Source of the DNA: Eukaryota sp. GEM-RC1
Taxonomy: Eukaryota
Reading direction: 5' to 3'
Length of the DNA: 64,000 nucleotides
Assembly: GCA_040285855.1 (NCBI GenBank)
Contig: JAUFOQ010000002.1
Coordinates: 1,426,001-1,490,000 of the forward strand
Under the pieces are notes generated by a model. That model was not told the DNA's origin and ran no database searches. It saw nothing but the letters and a program-made list of their open reading frames with translations. Numbering within the stretch: the stretch's first letter is position 1; each line of letters begins with the position of its first letter. Positions 37,499 through 48,900 of the stretch are shown one piece after another. The position numbers and the translations under genes were made by a program.

Positions 37499-39015
37499 TT
37501 AAAGTCTTTTTGATTCCAAAAGCACTTGCAGTGGTTTTAATTCTTCGTTTTCCTGTTTTTTCCCTAAAACGTCATTTTCGTCTTTTGTCTTTGACGATTT
37601 GTTTTCAAATTTTGTTGTTGAAACATCAATTACATTTTGTTCTGTCATCAAATCAGGTTGTACACTCTGAAGTAGATCATACATAACAAGACATAGATTT
37701 TTTCTTGATCTGTTAGTGTATAATTTTGTCTGATTTTGTTCCTGACGTGCATCAACCATTAATCCTTGTAAAATTAAAGTAACATTCAAACAGACAATCC
37801 ATCCACATATAAGAGACGATGTTGACTGTGCAAAAGGTATATAGTAGTCCACCTTATACTCTGGTAATCTTGCAAACAGATTTGTTTCCCCACATCCATA
37901 AACAGTTCTAAAAGGATTAACGATTAATTCAGTGGTTAATGAATAATCCAAAGAATCATAAATATTGAATAATAAAACATTTGCTTCATTTAGAAACAAT
38001 TCAATAAGAATCCAATGACCAGATCCTGCATCACCAGGAACATGTTCTTTCACCAAACATAATGGGGCAAGAATTCTTTTCCTGATTTTAGTGTATCGAC
38101 AATAGCCTTACCAGAATGTAAGGCATAGCATATTGGATCACCTACCAACTGTTGAGTTTCTTGAGATTGCAGGAACTTGTACCTACTTGATTTAAATTTT
38201 TGGAATGCAAGCATCACAATGAAATCAAGTTCAGAACTCAACAAGAGTTGTGTTTTGCCTTCTCTATCATCCTTTGTCAACATTTTTTCAATATCACAAA
38301 ATCCAAATTTTAATTTTGAATTTATGTAAAACTGATCACTGATTAAATCTACAGAAAGAATCAACGGGTTACGTTGTTTTTTGCGTTTCATAGGTTTAGA
38401 TAAATTAGCATTATCAATGACCGGAACAGGAACTATTTCAGATGGTTCAGAGAAAATAGAATGAATATGATTGATTGCGAAGTTATCAATACGACGTTTT
38501 GGTGAAGGAAAAACGACTTGAGATGGAGTATCGTCAATGCGAGTAATGTCACAATCATGTAAAAGATTAGGAGATTGAGGCTGAGGAGGAGGAGGAGAAA
38601 GAGCAATTGTAACTCGTTTAACGTCTTTGAGTAGATCCTTAAGATGATTTAGAGTTGAAGTTGTTGAAGGAAGTGGAAGAGATATGTCACGCTTCTCATA
38701 AGAACCATCAAAAGGAAAGAGATGAACAGTTTCTAGATCAGCATCTAGCACAATGGCAACGGATGATTTGTAGTTGAGGCAAAAATCCATGGTACCCTTT
38801 TTAAGATCATCTGGTAAGTCAGGTGTTGACACTTCCGTTATGTGGATGGATTTAGTTCTCCATGAATTGTATGTTCCATAAGGAAGAAGAACAAGTGACA
38901 AATTAACTGCATGCTTATCAGCAAGCTTTACAACAAGTTTCATATATGTTTTGATGGTACGGGAACGACTTTCTTGTTCAGAAGTATTTCTGAGTTTGAA
39001 GATTGAGTAGGACAT
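37499..39015 (-). CDS. Ulp1/C48-family cysteine protease (SUMO/Ubl protease-like), ~505 aa
   Basis: Joining two ORFs by -1 at an A4 run near 38078 gives RILAPLC..GHWILI..IYDSL..AQSTSSLICGWIV, i.e. His-Asp-Gln-Cys in C48 order. Confidence 0.75.
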
Positions 39016-39129
39016 GGGAAATTCTGATATAGACTTTATTACAGATTTCGTTTTTTAACACGTGAATTCACACACACATGTCCATTACAGTCTGTGTGGG
39101 ATTTCATTTTCCTTCCTCCTACAGTATAA

Positions 39130-42100
39130 ATGTCGTTTGTTCTGCATCCAAACAGATGTTGTCCGCCATCCTGTCCTTATCTGACTCAACTTGTATACAC
39201 TGGTTTAAGCACTAAAAAAAGTAAAGCCAAAATTTCAGATGTTCCATCACCACGAGGTTCACCTTTAATTCAACGAAATCAATTTAGAACTATCAGCTCC
39301 CTTGTTTCAACTGGTGACACTCCAATACGAAAGACTTACCGCCGTATGTCCACATTGGAATCATCTGAAGTACCACCATCTGAACTATCATCGCCATCTG
39401 AATTACCACCATCTGAATTACCACCAAAATCACAGGCCTCCATTATGTCGTATCCATCGCCAATTCAAGAAGAAATCCATAAAATGGAAGTAAATCTACA
39501 TACTGAGCCTATCGAACAAGAAATACAAGTTCAAGTCTTTCTTAATTCCCCTTTACTTTGGAACAATCTGCCAACTTTTTGTTTAATTCATGTTCAAAGT
39601 GATTTTGCCAAAAAGAAAGAATTAATGGCAATAATGTTCAACTTGTTCAAGATGATGATGACATTGAAACTGTTGAAGGTGAAGCTGAAGATCAATTAGA
39701 AGTTAAACGTGATTCTTCTGTTGATCCGATTGTATCAATTTCCATCCAGATCATTGATCACAATGAGTTTAATGAAAAACACTTATTTTCTTATGGCAAT
39801 TTTGAGACTACAAATTTGGATTTGTGTACTTTACATATTTCAGATAGTGAATCCAGTATGCTTAAAAACTTCATCTCCTTCATTACTCAACATTGTCCGC
39901 GATTGTTTGTGAGTTATGACTTTCACTTAGATACATTTCCCTTTCTTGTATCACGTTGTCAAGTCTTCAAAATCAATACAACGTTTACTTTTCCAGAATT
40001 TAAACCCTATATTCCCTTTTGGTTCAACAAATGGTGTAAGGAAACAACTTTTGGTCCGTTTTTTAGTCTCGATTTGAATGCTGTATTGAAGAATTTTTAT
40101 GTCTTTACTGGTGGCCGTTTTTTGGAAAATGTTGTTCAAATTTTTCTTGAAATGAATAATTTTTCTAAAAATGAAACTGTCAAACGCTTGGAAGAACTTA
40201 AGCATGACTCTGATCCTGATGAAGTTCAATTAGTCAATAATGTCCAAAACTTGCATGGCATAATTGACAGTATTAATGTTTTAGTTCCAGACAATCCCAA
40301 AGTGAAGGTCGATAAGATTAAAAAAGAAATTTGTAAGAAATTTGGAGAAAGTAAATGAACTTTGGGCCAAGGAATCGACAAAACCGCTATTGTTGAACAA
40401 CTCAATTCAACAATTAGCTCTGATTGAATACTTGTTGGCTGACCTATTGGATCCCAAAAAGCAAACCTTACGTTCAAAGTCACCAATGAAAGTGGTTAAG
40501 AAACGACTAGACAATGTTGTATCCAAAGCGAAGGTTAAATTTATTGAATCTCGTGTTAAGAGAGCTCACCAAGTAAGAGTCCGTGGTTCTCTCTTTTTGA
40601 AACATTTTTTTGTTCATAATTTTCACCATTCAGGTATTTTAGAATACATTCAGAAGTTACTGCCTGCTACTGTTCCAAATGTAACTGTTAAGGAAGAAAT
40701 GAATTCTGATACAGATGAGTCAACTGATGAAGAAACAGATGTACCTTCAGAGTCTATCGATGCTGCTACTCCTCCTATTAAATTAGAAAATATTGAAGAT
40801 GCGAGTGATGAACCTAAACCTGAACCTGACCTTTGGACTAAAATTCAAACTGCCAAAATTGAATTGCCATACTGGAAGAATTTTTTTACGTTGAAATCAA
40901 TGGAACAAGTGTTGTCTATGATGACGATTAGGGACCACAAACTTGTAAACAATCAGAATCATATTAGGACTGTACAAGAATCGTTAACAAACATAATTTC
41001 TAAACCAAATGAGGCCTCAACTCAAAAACAGTTTGCTCAACATTTCTTGATGCATTACATTCCTCGTTTAGAACTAGCTGCTCGATCTGTTGGACTTGAT
41101 AGAATTGTGTTTCCCAGTAGTTATCGTTTATCTCGTTTATTGCATTACATGGCTACTGAAATTATAACGAATTACAAGACAAACATGAGTGAACACTTTC
41201 ACGAATATGTTTTTCAAGTATTTAATTTGGTTACCCTGAAAAAGATAGACTTAACAAGCTTACTGATAAGAATCAACGACAAGAGTTGTGTACAAAGCTT
41301 AATGAAGTCAGACAGTTGATCATTAATGGGGAAATTTCAAAAATTAATTTTCAAGATGTTGAAGTGTTTCCTGATCCCAATTCTAGACTGAGTTTACTAT
41401 TTTTTAACTATTTGTTTACTTTTTTTGAAGGTAAAATGGAGAAAACAATCTATTATGCTGAAAAAGTAGATCCTTTGAAATTCTTAAGTCATGCAGTGTA
41501 TTTGAAACGTCTTGTTGAGGACTCTTGTCCTGGTGTTACTGCCAATAATCCTTTTCCTCTAACAAAATCACTGATTCCTAATCATATCAGATTGGATACT
41601 ACATGGTTTAAAGAAGTTTATGCATCAGAAATTAAAGGTAGCTTTGATGACGTTCGAAAAGATATTTGGCACTCAGTTTTGAAACCAAAGTGTCTTCCAA
41701 AGTCATTGTCTCATGACTTCAAATACAGTTCTATTTCTACAGATGGAGTTAGCTGTAGTTTAATGATGATGCGGAAAGATCTGCTTGATGGGAGAGGAAA
41801 TCCTCATAAGAAGGTGAAAGCAGTTGACTACACAGCTACTCAAAGGTACATTGATTCTTTGAGTTCCACAGAAATTCAAAACTTAAACTTGAAATCCAAA
41901 AGAATTGTTGCTATTGATCCTAATCAGCATGATTTGATGTATTGTGCTTCTTTAAAATCTGAGGAGGAAAAGAAAATCGAAGGTTTCGATACATCAGCCA
42001 ATCTCAGAAGAAGAAAGATTTCTCCAAAATCATCAAAGAAAAAAGGAAGCTTGAAAAAATTAAAAAAGGAATTGAAGGATTGGAAAGACGCACCCACTAT

Positions 42101-43367
42101 TGACAAACCATCAACTGTCAAGTTGAAAAATCGTGATGATTGGAAAGTATTCAGATACACTGCTGGGGAGCGCAAGGCAGATATGAACAAGTCTCCATGG
42201 AAAAGAAAAAAACAAGGAATGAAAGAAAAAGAGCTAAGAGAAAGAAGAGGAAGCTGGAGAAGAAAATAAGACGATATAATCTCCACCGTTTATCTGAATC
42301 CGAACGGTTACAACAATATTCTACCCAATTTATCCACAGTCCAGATGGCAGTCGCATTGACATAAATGGGCAACAAATTTTAGATCAATGGGGCTCTAAC
42401 TCACCAGGCAGTAAATCTTGTGATTTGACTCAGTATTCTGCTTTTGTACTTGGTAAAGAAATTACCTGTTCTTTATTACGATCACCCACTACTGATCAAA
42501 GAACTACTGACGGAATTTACGAAGAAAAGTGGTTTAGACGTAGACGCTTAACACAATATTCAAGAAAGGAACGAAGTGAAAAAACATGCTTCACAGATTT
42601 GCTCTCCAGTTTGGAAACCCAGATGAAGTCGTTGTTGGGTATGGAGACTGGAACGACACTGCTTTTCGTCGAAGAAGAGGTAAAGCATCGACTGTAAAAG
42701 GTGCTTCAATTCGGAAATTATTGAGAAAATTTGGATTTAAAGTGTTCCTAGTTGATGAATTTAAGACCAGCAAATGTTGCTCTGCATGTGTTTCCAGAAA
42801 CGACGAAGGTATCTGTTCCAATCCTGAAAGGATAAAAGTCACTGATCCTCATTGGAAGAAGAAGTTACAGAAGGAAGAGAAAGAATTAAAAAGGAAATTA
42901 TGGAACACAATCAATTAGACAATATTGTGGAGCGTAACTTTGATGATGAATGGACCAAACAGTTGCCATTATCAAAAGAAAGATTGAAGAACAACAAAGT
43001 CTCACCATGGGGCTTAGTTGAATGTGCTAAATGTCATGTCCTCTGGAATAGAGACTTCAACTCTGCTATCAATATTTACAATATTGTAAATGGAACCATT
43101 CAAGGTCAAGGTAGACCTGCCATCCTCGAGAGACCAAAATCTCAAACAACACCTGTCGTGGATGGCGGGAATACAGATCAGATTCCTAAGAAAAAGACTG
43201 TGAGTAAGGGTAAGGGTAAAGCGAAGCGTCCTCTAACAAAAGTCAGAGGTCCTAACAAGTGTGGTATATGTTTTCGGCCTGGGCATAACAGAGCAACTTG
43301 TCCAAATAAGCCTAAGAAAGATGTACCCAAGGACTCACACGTAAACCATAAAGATCAGGAATCTTGA
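39130..43367 (+). CDS. Fanzor1 (TnpB-family RNA-guided endonuclease); core from ~40486, possible ~450-aa N-terminal extension
   Basis: SISTDGVSCSL; RuvC-I VAIDPN (D 41916); FRYT; YEEKWFRR; FGNPDEVVVGYGDW; RuvC-II LVDEFKTSKCCSAC (E 42757); CAKC..WNRDFNSAINI (D 43053). Six single-base frameshifts needed (near 39610, 40325-40345, 41240, 42208, 42582, 42890). Confidence 0.9.
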
Positions 43368-43525
43368 ATCTATGAAGTTAGCTCGTCTTAAAAGACTTTG
43401 CGAATGAGGACATTTATTTGTCAAACTGTGAGTTTTGCTCATGAGTTTGCTTACGAGCTTGCTCATGAGATCATGAAAATGTGAAGGGTTATGTCCTTAT
43501 GCATTTGGAATGAAATTCACAGTAC
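43368..43525 (+). ncRNA. Candidate Fanzor omegaRNA (scaffold plus flanking guide)
   Basis: Nested stems directly after the Fanzor stop: 43385-43396; 43399-43413 with 43491-43503; 43438-43469. Position agrees with known Fanzor/TnpB omegaRNAs; boundaries are inferred. Confidence 0.55.
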
Positions 43526-43541
43526 AACAATCATTGCCAAT

Positions 43542-44207
43542 TATTTTCTCATTTGGTCAATTGTTCAAAGTTCATATATTGTCGTTCAATTTTGCACAAC
43601 AGTCTTCGAGATACATGTTTGGAAGTGTTTAAGGCAAATGGTTTCCATGGCAAAGTCGAACCATTACTTTCTCATCTTTCAGATCACCCTGATTCTACTC
43701 AGAAACGTGGTGATTTTATTGGCCCTTGGTTGTCATGCCAAGAAATTGTTGTTGATTTTACGACCGTTGATCCTTGCAAAGCTTCAGCTATTGCCAACAT
43801 TTTGAATCCCTCAAATGATCCGCTGAAAGACGCTGAGAACGCCAAAGTGTCTAAGTATGGACATCAAGTTGCTGCATTGAATTCACGAAGACACAATAAT
43901 ATCGTCTTTCAGCCTTTTGCAGTTTCATTGTACGGAAATTTCGGTTCTTCTACCAAGGAGTTTTTAAGTTTATTTGAAAATTTGTGTTCAGAACTTGGCA
44001 AGAAGTTTAACAGATCGTACTGGAAGAGTAAATTTGCTTTTTCGATTTTTAGGTCTATGTATAGATATGTTGATTCCATTTTGTCCAAGTTGTTTGGAGG
44101 CAACTACTTTTCGGAATTAGTTCGTTTGATAATTTGTTTTAATAGTGTTTATCTATTTGTACTTAACTTATTATGTGTTTTTCTCCGCACATAAATCCGT
44201 TTTTTTT
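43542..44207 (+). mobile_element. 5'-truncated CRE-like RLE retroposon with TSD
   Basis: HLVNC, HNSLRD, VEPLL, KRGDFIGP..VVDFTTVDP and PFAVSLYG motifs; perfect 12-bp TSD ATCATTGCCAAT (43530-43541 and 44208-44219); 3' T8 tail. Confidence 0.93.
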
Positions 44208-44217
44208 ATCATTGCCA

Positions 44218-44604
44218 ATGTCTTCTCCACACCAACCGCAACTGCTACCTCTCAGTCCTTTCAAGTCTTTCGGTGATAATCATCTGAAACCTTTGCCTCC
44301 AAAATTCCATTCTATGCAACGTTCTAGTAACTCTTCTAGTCCACGGTCTCCACTAATTTATGCGCTACATGAAGGTGACATCAAAGATATCCGCAAACCG
44401 GCTCACTCAATTGTTTCGGAGGCTCGTCAACAACTGCTAGATCGTAGCGTTTGGGTACCAAAAGCTCGATCAATACCTAAAAACTACTGTCAACGTCCAC
44501 CAACTCCTTTCCCTTTCTCTCTCTCTGCCAGATCCAAATCTGGTCCGGTTACGATCCCATCTCGTCACTTCAGCTTATCGGACCCAAAAATGTGCACTAC
44601 GTAG
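44218..44604 (+). CDS. Hypothetical Pro/Ser-rich basic protein
   Basis: 128-aa ORF from ATG 44218, convergent with the next gene. Confidence 0.5.
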   Translation: MSSPHQPQLLPLSPFKSFGDNHLKPLPPKFHSMQRSSNSSSPRSPLIYALHEGDIKDIRKPAHSIVSEARQQLLDRSVWVPKARSIPKNYCQRPPTPFPFSLSARSKSGPVTIPSRHFSLSDPKMCTT

Positions 44605-44691
44605 CCCTGTCTCGTTCCCTTGCATCTCTTCTGGTAGAGTTTTTCAATTCTCCTCATGTTTATCTGTATATATATTCAATATAAATCTGTT

Positions 44692-45846
44692 TTATTTCTT
44701 GTGCATGAAGCCTGCTATTTCAATGCCTAATCTACATGCCACTAACTTGACACAAGGAACAATGATTCCTGCTGCCCTTGAAGACCACCGAACCGCTCCT
44801 TGTGACGAAAAGTATATAAATCCGAAATCAACCAACTCAGTTAGAGTACTCTGAAACAACAACCGCATCAAAGATTGCGAATATGGTTCTAGTTCAACTT
44901 TGGCAAGAAGAGAAAACCAGGCAAAAGCTTCAGGCAAATGAGAGATCGACCGTACAAAAACGGTCTTTCTTGATTCTATGTTATCAAGATTGTGTTTGCG
45001 ATTTCTACTACGTTTATTGTTGTTGTGTGCAAAGTATGTACAAGTCCCCTTTTCGTTAGACATGTCAAGATAAATTCCTAACAAGGAGTAGTAAGCAAAT
45101 CTCGAAAGAGAATGTACAATAGACTCAATTTCTATTAGTTGAACTTCTGAAGTACGAGGTTGGGCCAGAATAGTAGGTATGAAGGAAGAAACACAATCAG
45201 GAATGGGTAGTTGAGATGATTGGTGTAATTCAAGTAATTTGTTGAAAGAATTACGCATGAGATCTAAGCAATCAGAAATAGGAAGATTAATGGAAGTTGC
45301 GTGACTTCCAAGAGCAGTGCCGAAACAAATCCATAGTTCTTGTTCCACCTGGGATAATGAAGATAGTAATGTGTTATCGGACAAAATTGATGAGAACAGT
45401 TCAGGTGAAAAAGGAGAAAGAAAGAGAGACGGCGGTTCACTGAAGTTTCTGAAGCAGTGAGCAAACGAAGACGGATGTTTGCGAGATATGAAGAGAATAA
45501 GTAAAGAATCTTCAAATGAGAGACCAAGCCATGAATGAAAGTCCAAAGAAGGACGTTGGATGCACTGGGGGTAGGAAATAACAGCGTCAACGTCGTCTAG
45601 GGTTAGACAGATACGATTATAAGTCTGACCCTGCACCAGCTGCTTTATGGACGAAGTTAACGCAGATTTTAAAGCACTCCAAGATGAATATGATGAAGCA
45701 GAAACAATATGAGCACGAAAAAGACTCTGATTCTTTAACAGAGCTGAATTAACTGAGGTGGATTTCGTAGAACGAGGTCCATACAACCAAAAACTGAGGC
45801 ATCCTTCTCGAAGGGGTGTCTTTAAGAAAGCGTTTAAAGACTGCAT
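44692..45846 (-). CDS. ORC5: Divergent origin recognition complex subunit 5-like protein
   Basis: LYGPRSTKST (degenerate Walker A); LTLDDVD (Walker B); ILFISR; C-terminal LSRFAYYSLLGIYL and VKLVACRLGIEI resemble ORC5_C. Confidence 0.55.
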   Translation of the reverse strand: MQSLNAFLKTPLREGCLSFWLYGPRSTKSTSVNSALLKNQSLFRAHIVSASSYSSWSALKSALTSSIKQLVQGQTYNRICLTLDDVDAVISYPQCIQRPSLDFHSWLGLSFEDSLLILFISRKHPSSFAHCFRNFSEPPSLFLSPFSPELFSSILSDNTLLSSLSQVEQELWICFGTALGSHATSINLPISDCLDLMRNSFNKLLELHQSSQLPIPDCVSSFIPTILAQPRTSEVQLIEIESIVHSLSRFAYYSLLGIYLDMSNEKGTCTYFAHNNNKRSRNRKHNLDNIESRKTVFVRSISHLPEAFAWFSLLAKVELEPYSQSLMRLLFQSTLTELVDFGFIYFSSQGAVRWSSRAAGIIVPCVKLVACRLGIEIAGFMHKK

Positions 45847-45937
45847 ATAGCCTCCAAGAGAGTATTGTATACTAAATGAAGTATCAAAAAGCAGACTATA
45901 GCTTCTACTTGTGGTAGGTTAAAAGAACAAAAACTAA

Positions 45938-48900
45938 ATGCCAGTGCAAGCAAGCTTCTTCGATATCACTCTCTCCCCAAAGGATCTGCTCTCTGATGAT
46001 GCTGGCTATTATGCAGAACATTATGTTGATGCTCTGTCTTGTTCTTCCTTGGAATCTCTCCTAGCGGACCCTCTCAATCTTCTTGCCAATGACGTGTCTC
46101 ATCTTCATCAGTCAGAAGTTTTTGATTTGATTTTTTCAGTAGTTCTGCATTGGCATGATCTTGCTAAATCTCCCGATAACCATTCGCTGTTGATAAAAGT
46201 TGGGGAAGTGTGTGTGTTTGCCTTGTCAAGTTTTTGTGATGATCATACCAGCATTCAATCTGATCATTCACCTCTAGGATCACTTCGAGATCTTTTGAAC
46301 AAGGTTTTATGTCTTTCAATCTGGTTATTATCACATCATTTCTCATATGTTAAAGAATTCGAAAAACTTAATCCCAAACGTGCAAAATCCACTAAAACCA
46401 AGGACAAAGAACAATCAGACAATCGATTAGGTTTCTTTGATGACGTGAGAGACCAGATGTTGGCTTTTCTAGCTCATTTGTTCTCCTCCGACGTACTAGT
46501 GACCGTAATTCAACACGACTTTGACGTTTCCCTTGCTTTAACTCTTGTTTTGCCTGCACTCTATAATGCTGCTACCGATCTCCCTGCTCGTCGTCACCAA
46601 GACAAGCACTTACGTAGTGGTATCACCAAAGCCCTCGTTAATGGCATCACTATTAGTATGTCCAATCACCAGGAATATCCCACACCTGCCACTACGCTAA
46701 TCTCCACAATCATTGATCACTTTAGAGATCAAAAACCACGTGTTGAAGTGATTGAAGGGATTCTGTTGTGTTCCAATCAAAATTCGGTGCTTTTGTTTTG
46801 TACTAACTTGTTCTACAGTCTTACTAATATTCTCGAGTCTATTAGTGAAAAGTCATCTGAAGGAACTTGTTTATCAAAACTTTTAAATATCTTTGGAGAT
46901 TCTGCTCCACTCATTATCATTCGACAACTAGCTATTGTACAAGGGCTCATTTGTTCATCTTGTCCTCAGGTCAGAGGTTCCTGTGCTCACGTTTTAGCTA
47001 GAGTGATTGGCCATTCGGAACAGTTGGTCAAAAAGAAGAACAAATCAATGATGATTCAATCGAAACGTCATTTGATGAAGATTCAAAAGAGCTCAATGAA
47101 GGTCAATCAAATCAGCATGGTCAGCTCTATTCGATCTTTGCTCTTCTTCGATCGTTAGCAATCGACGAATCATTTACAGTTAGAATTGAAGCACTCAAGG
47201 CCATCAAATTCATCATCCACCATTTCGGACTCAATCAATCAGACGTACTCTTAGAGATTCTAACTACTGACGATATAGCCTTCAGTGGACTTCTCATGTC
47301 ACGTTTGTTAGACAAGTCAAGCAGAGTCCGCAAGACTGCCTTTGTTGTGTTGGTTGTCTTTATACAGTACATGAATTATGTCTCAATGCGGTTTTCTGGA
47401 ACATTGTTAGGTCCAATGTTTGAGTCTGGTCTCAGATATCTTAGAGCAAAAGCTCAAGTGGAGGTTCGAATGGAAGTGTTGGACTTATTAGGATCTGAAC
47501 GCCAATTGGTTCTGTATATTGAAAGTTTTCGTAAGTTTTTAATTTCCACTCTCTATTATTGTGATGAACTGTTGTTCTCTGAGGTGGAATCCGATATCCT
47601 CTCAGTATTTTCAGTATACAAGGCCTGTTTAATGTGCTCACACGAAGTATTTCCTCATGTCAAGCAGTGTCTGTTCCTGATCGACTCCAAGGCAGAAAAC
47701 ATTTCTAAAGCTGTTGTTGAACTTTTCACAACTCTCCTTATCAAGGAAAATGAAGAAGTAACAGATCCCGGTCTACTTGAATTAGTAATCGGTAGACTCT
47801 CAAGACTAGTGCATCATATTGGTGGTGTTTGTTCTCCTAAGTTTAGTTTTCTATCAACTATTCTCTCCAAGTTAAGGAATGATGGGTTATTCAGTGGGGA
47901 ACTTATCAGCCATTTAGTGAAGATTGTTCATAATCTAGAGTTCTTAGCTGGTCATGAGAAGGAGAACAGTGTTAATGTTACTTTGGCTGTGAATTCTTTC
48001 CAAATCTTGGTTTTGTTATCAATGACTAGTCAAGATCTTCAATCTAATCTACAAGAATTCTACAGATTTCTTCCAAATTCAAAAACTTTTGACATTGTTA
48101 AATCACACGCCCCTGAACTTCAAGACGCATTTGTCACTGCAATTCTACGTTTAATTTCAATGGAAAATGGGTCACTCCAACCTAATCATTTTGTTTTTAG
48201 AAAAACCATTGATTTAGTTTTGAATGGACCTCATGTTGTTTTTGATTGGTTGGCAGTCACTCAGGAAGCTATCACGTGTATTTTTAAATCATGTAGTGAT
48301 CCCTTTAAGGTGATGACAGTGTTGATTAATGAGTTTTCAATTAATTGCCAAAATTTTACAAATCAACAGATTGATTTCATGAAGATTGCTTGGTTTGCTG
48401 GAAGTGTTTCTTATGGTTGGTCTGAGTACTTTGACTCTCAAATGGGTGAAACTACGTGAAAATCAAGAAGAAAAAAGAGAAGATTCGGAATCAGTTACTC
48501 AATCAGAGTCAGAGATCATGATGGAGAAACTTTCCAAATTCGGAACTTTCCTAGTACGTCACTCCTTGATTGCCCCTCATGTTTCGATTGTCATGAAGCA
48601 CTCACTATCTGAATGTAGGAAATCTACAAATCCCTCATACACCTCCGCTCTTTTAGTTTCTTTAATCAAGCTATTACTTTCCTGTTCTGACCTTTGTTCC
48701 GAGTACATTGATAACGTGATTGAGTTCATCACTATGACAGATTGTTCTTATGCCAAGTTGTCGGTTGCTCCATATCTTTGTGATTTAATTATTCGTTATC
48801 CATCCATAGTAGAAACAAAGGCTTGTGTTTTGTTCAAGTTTCTACTTGATCACGATGATTTATTGTCAATTACTGCTATTAAGACATTATCTTATTTAAT

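Noticed and set aside
39089..39112. Left TIR matching 43506-43523 for a Fanzor-only element
   Set aside because: Only a gapped ~12-nt similarity in AT-rich DNA and no TSD.
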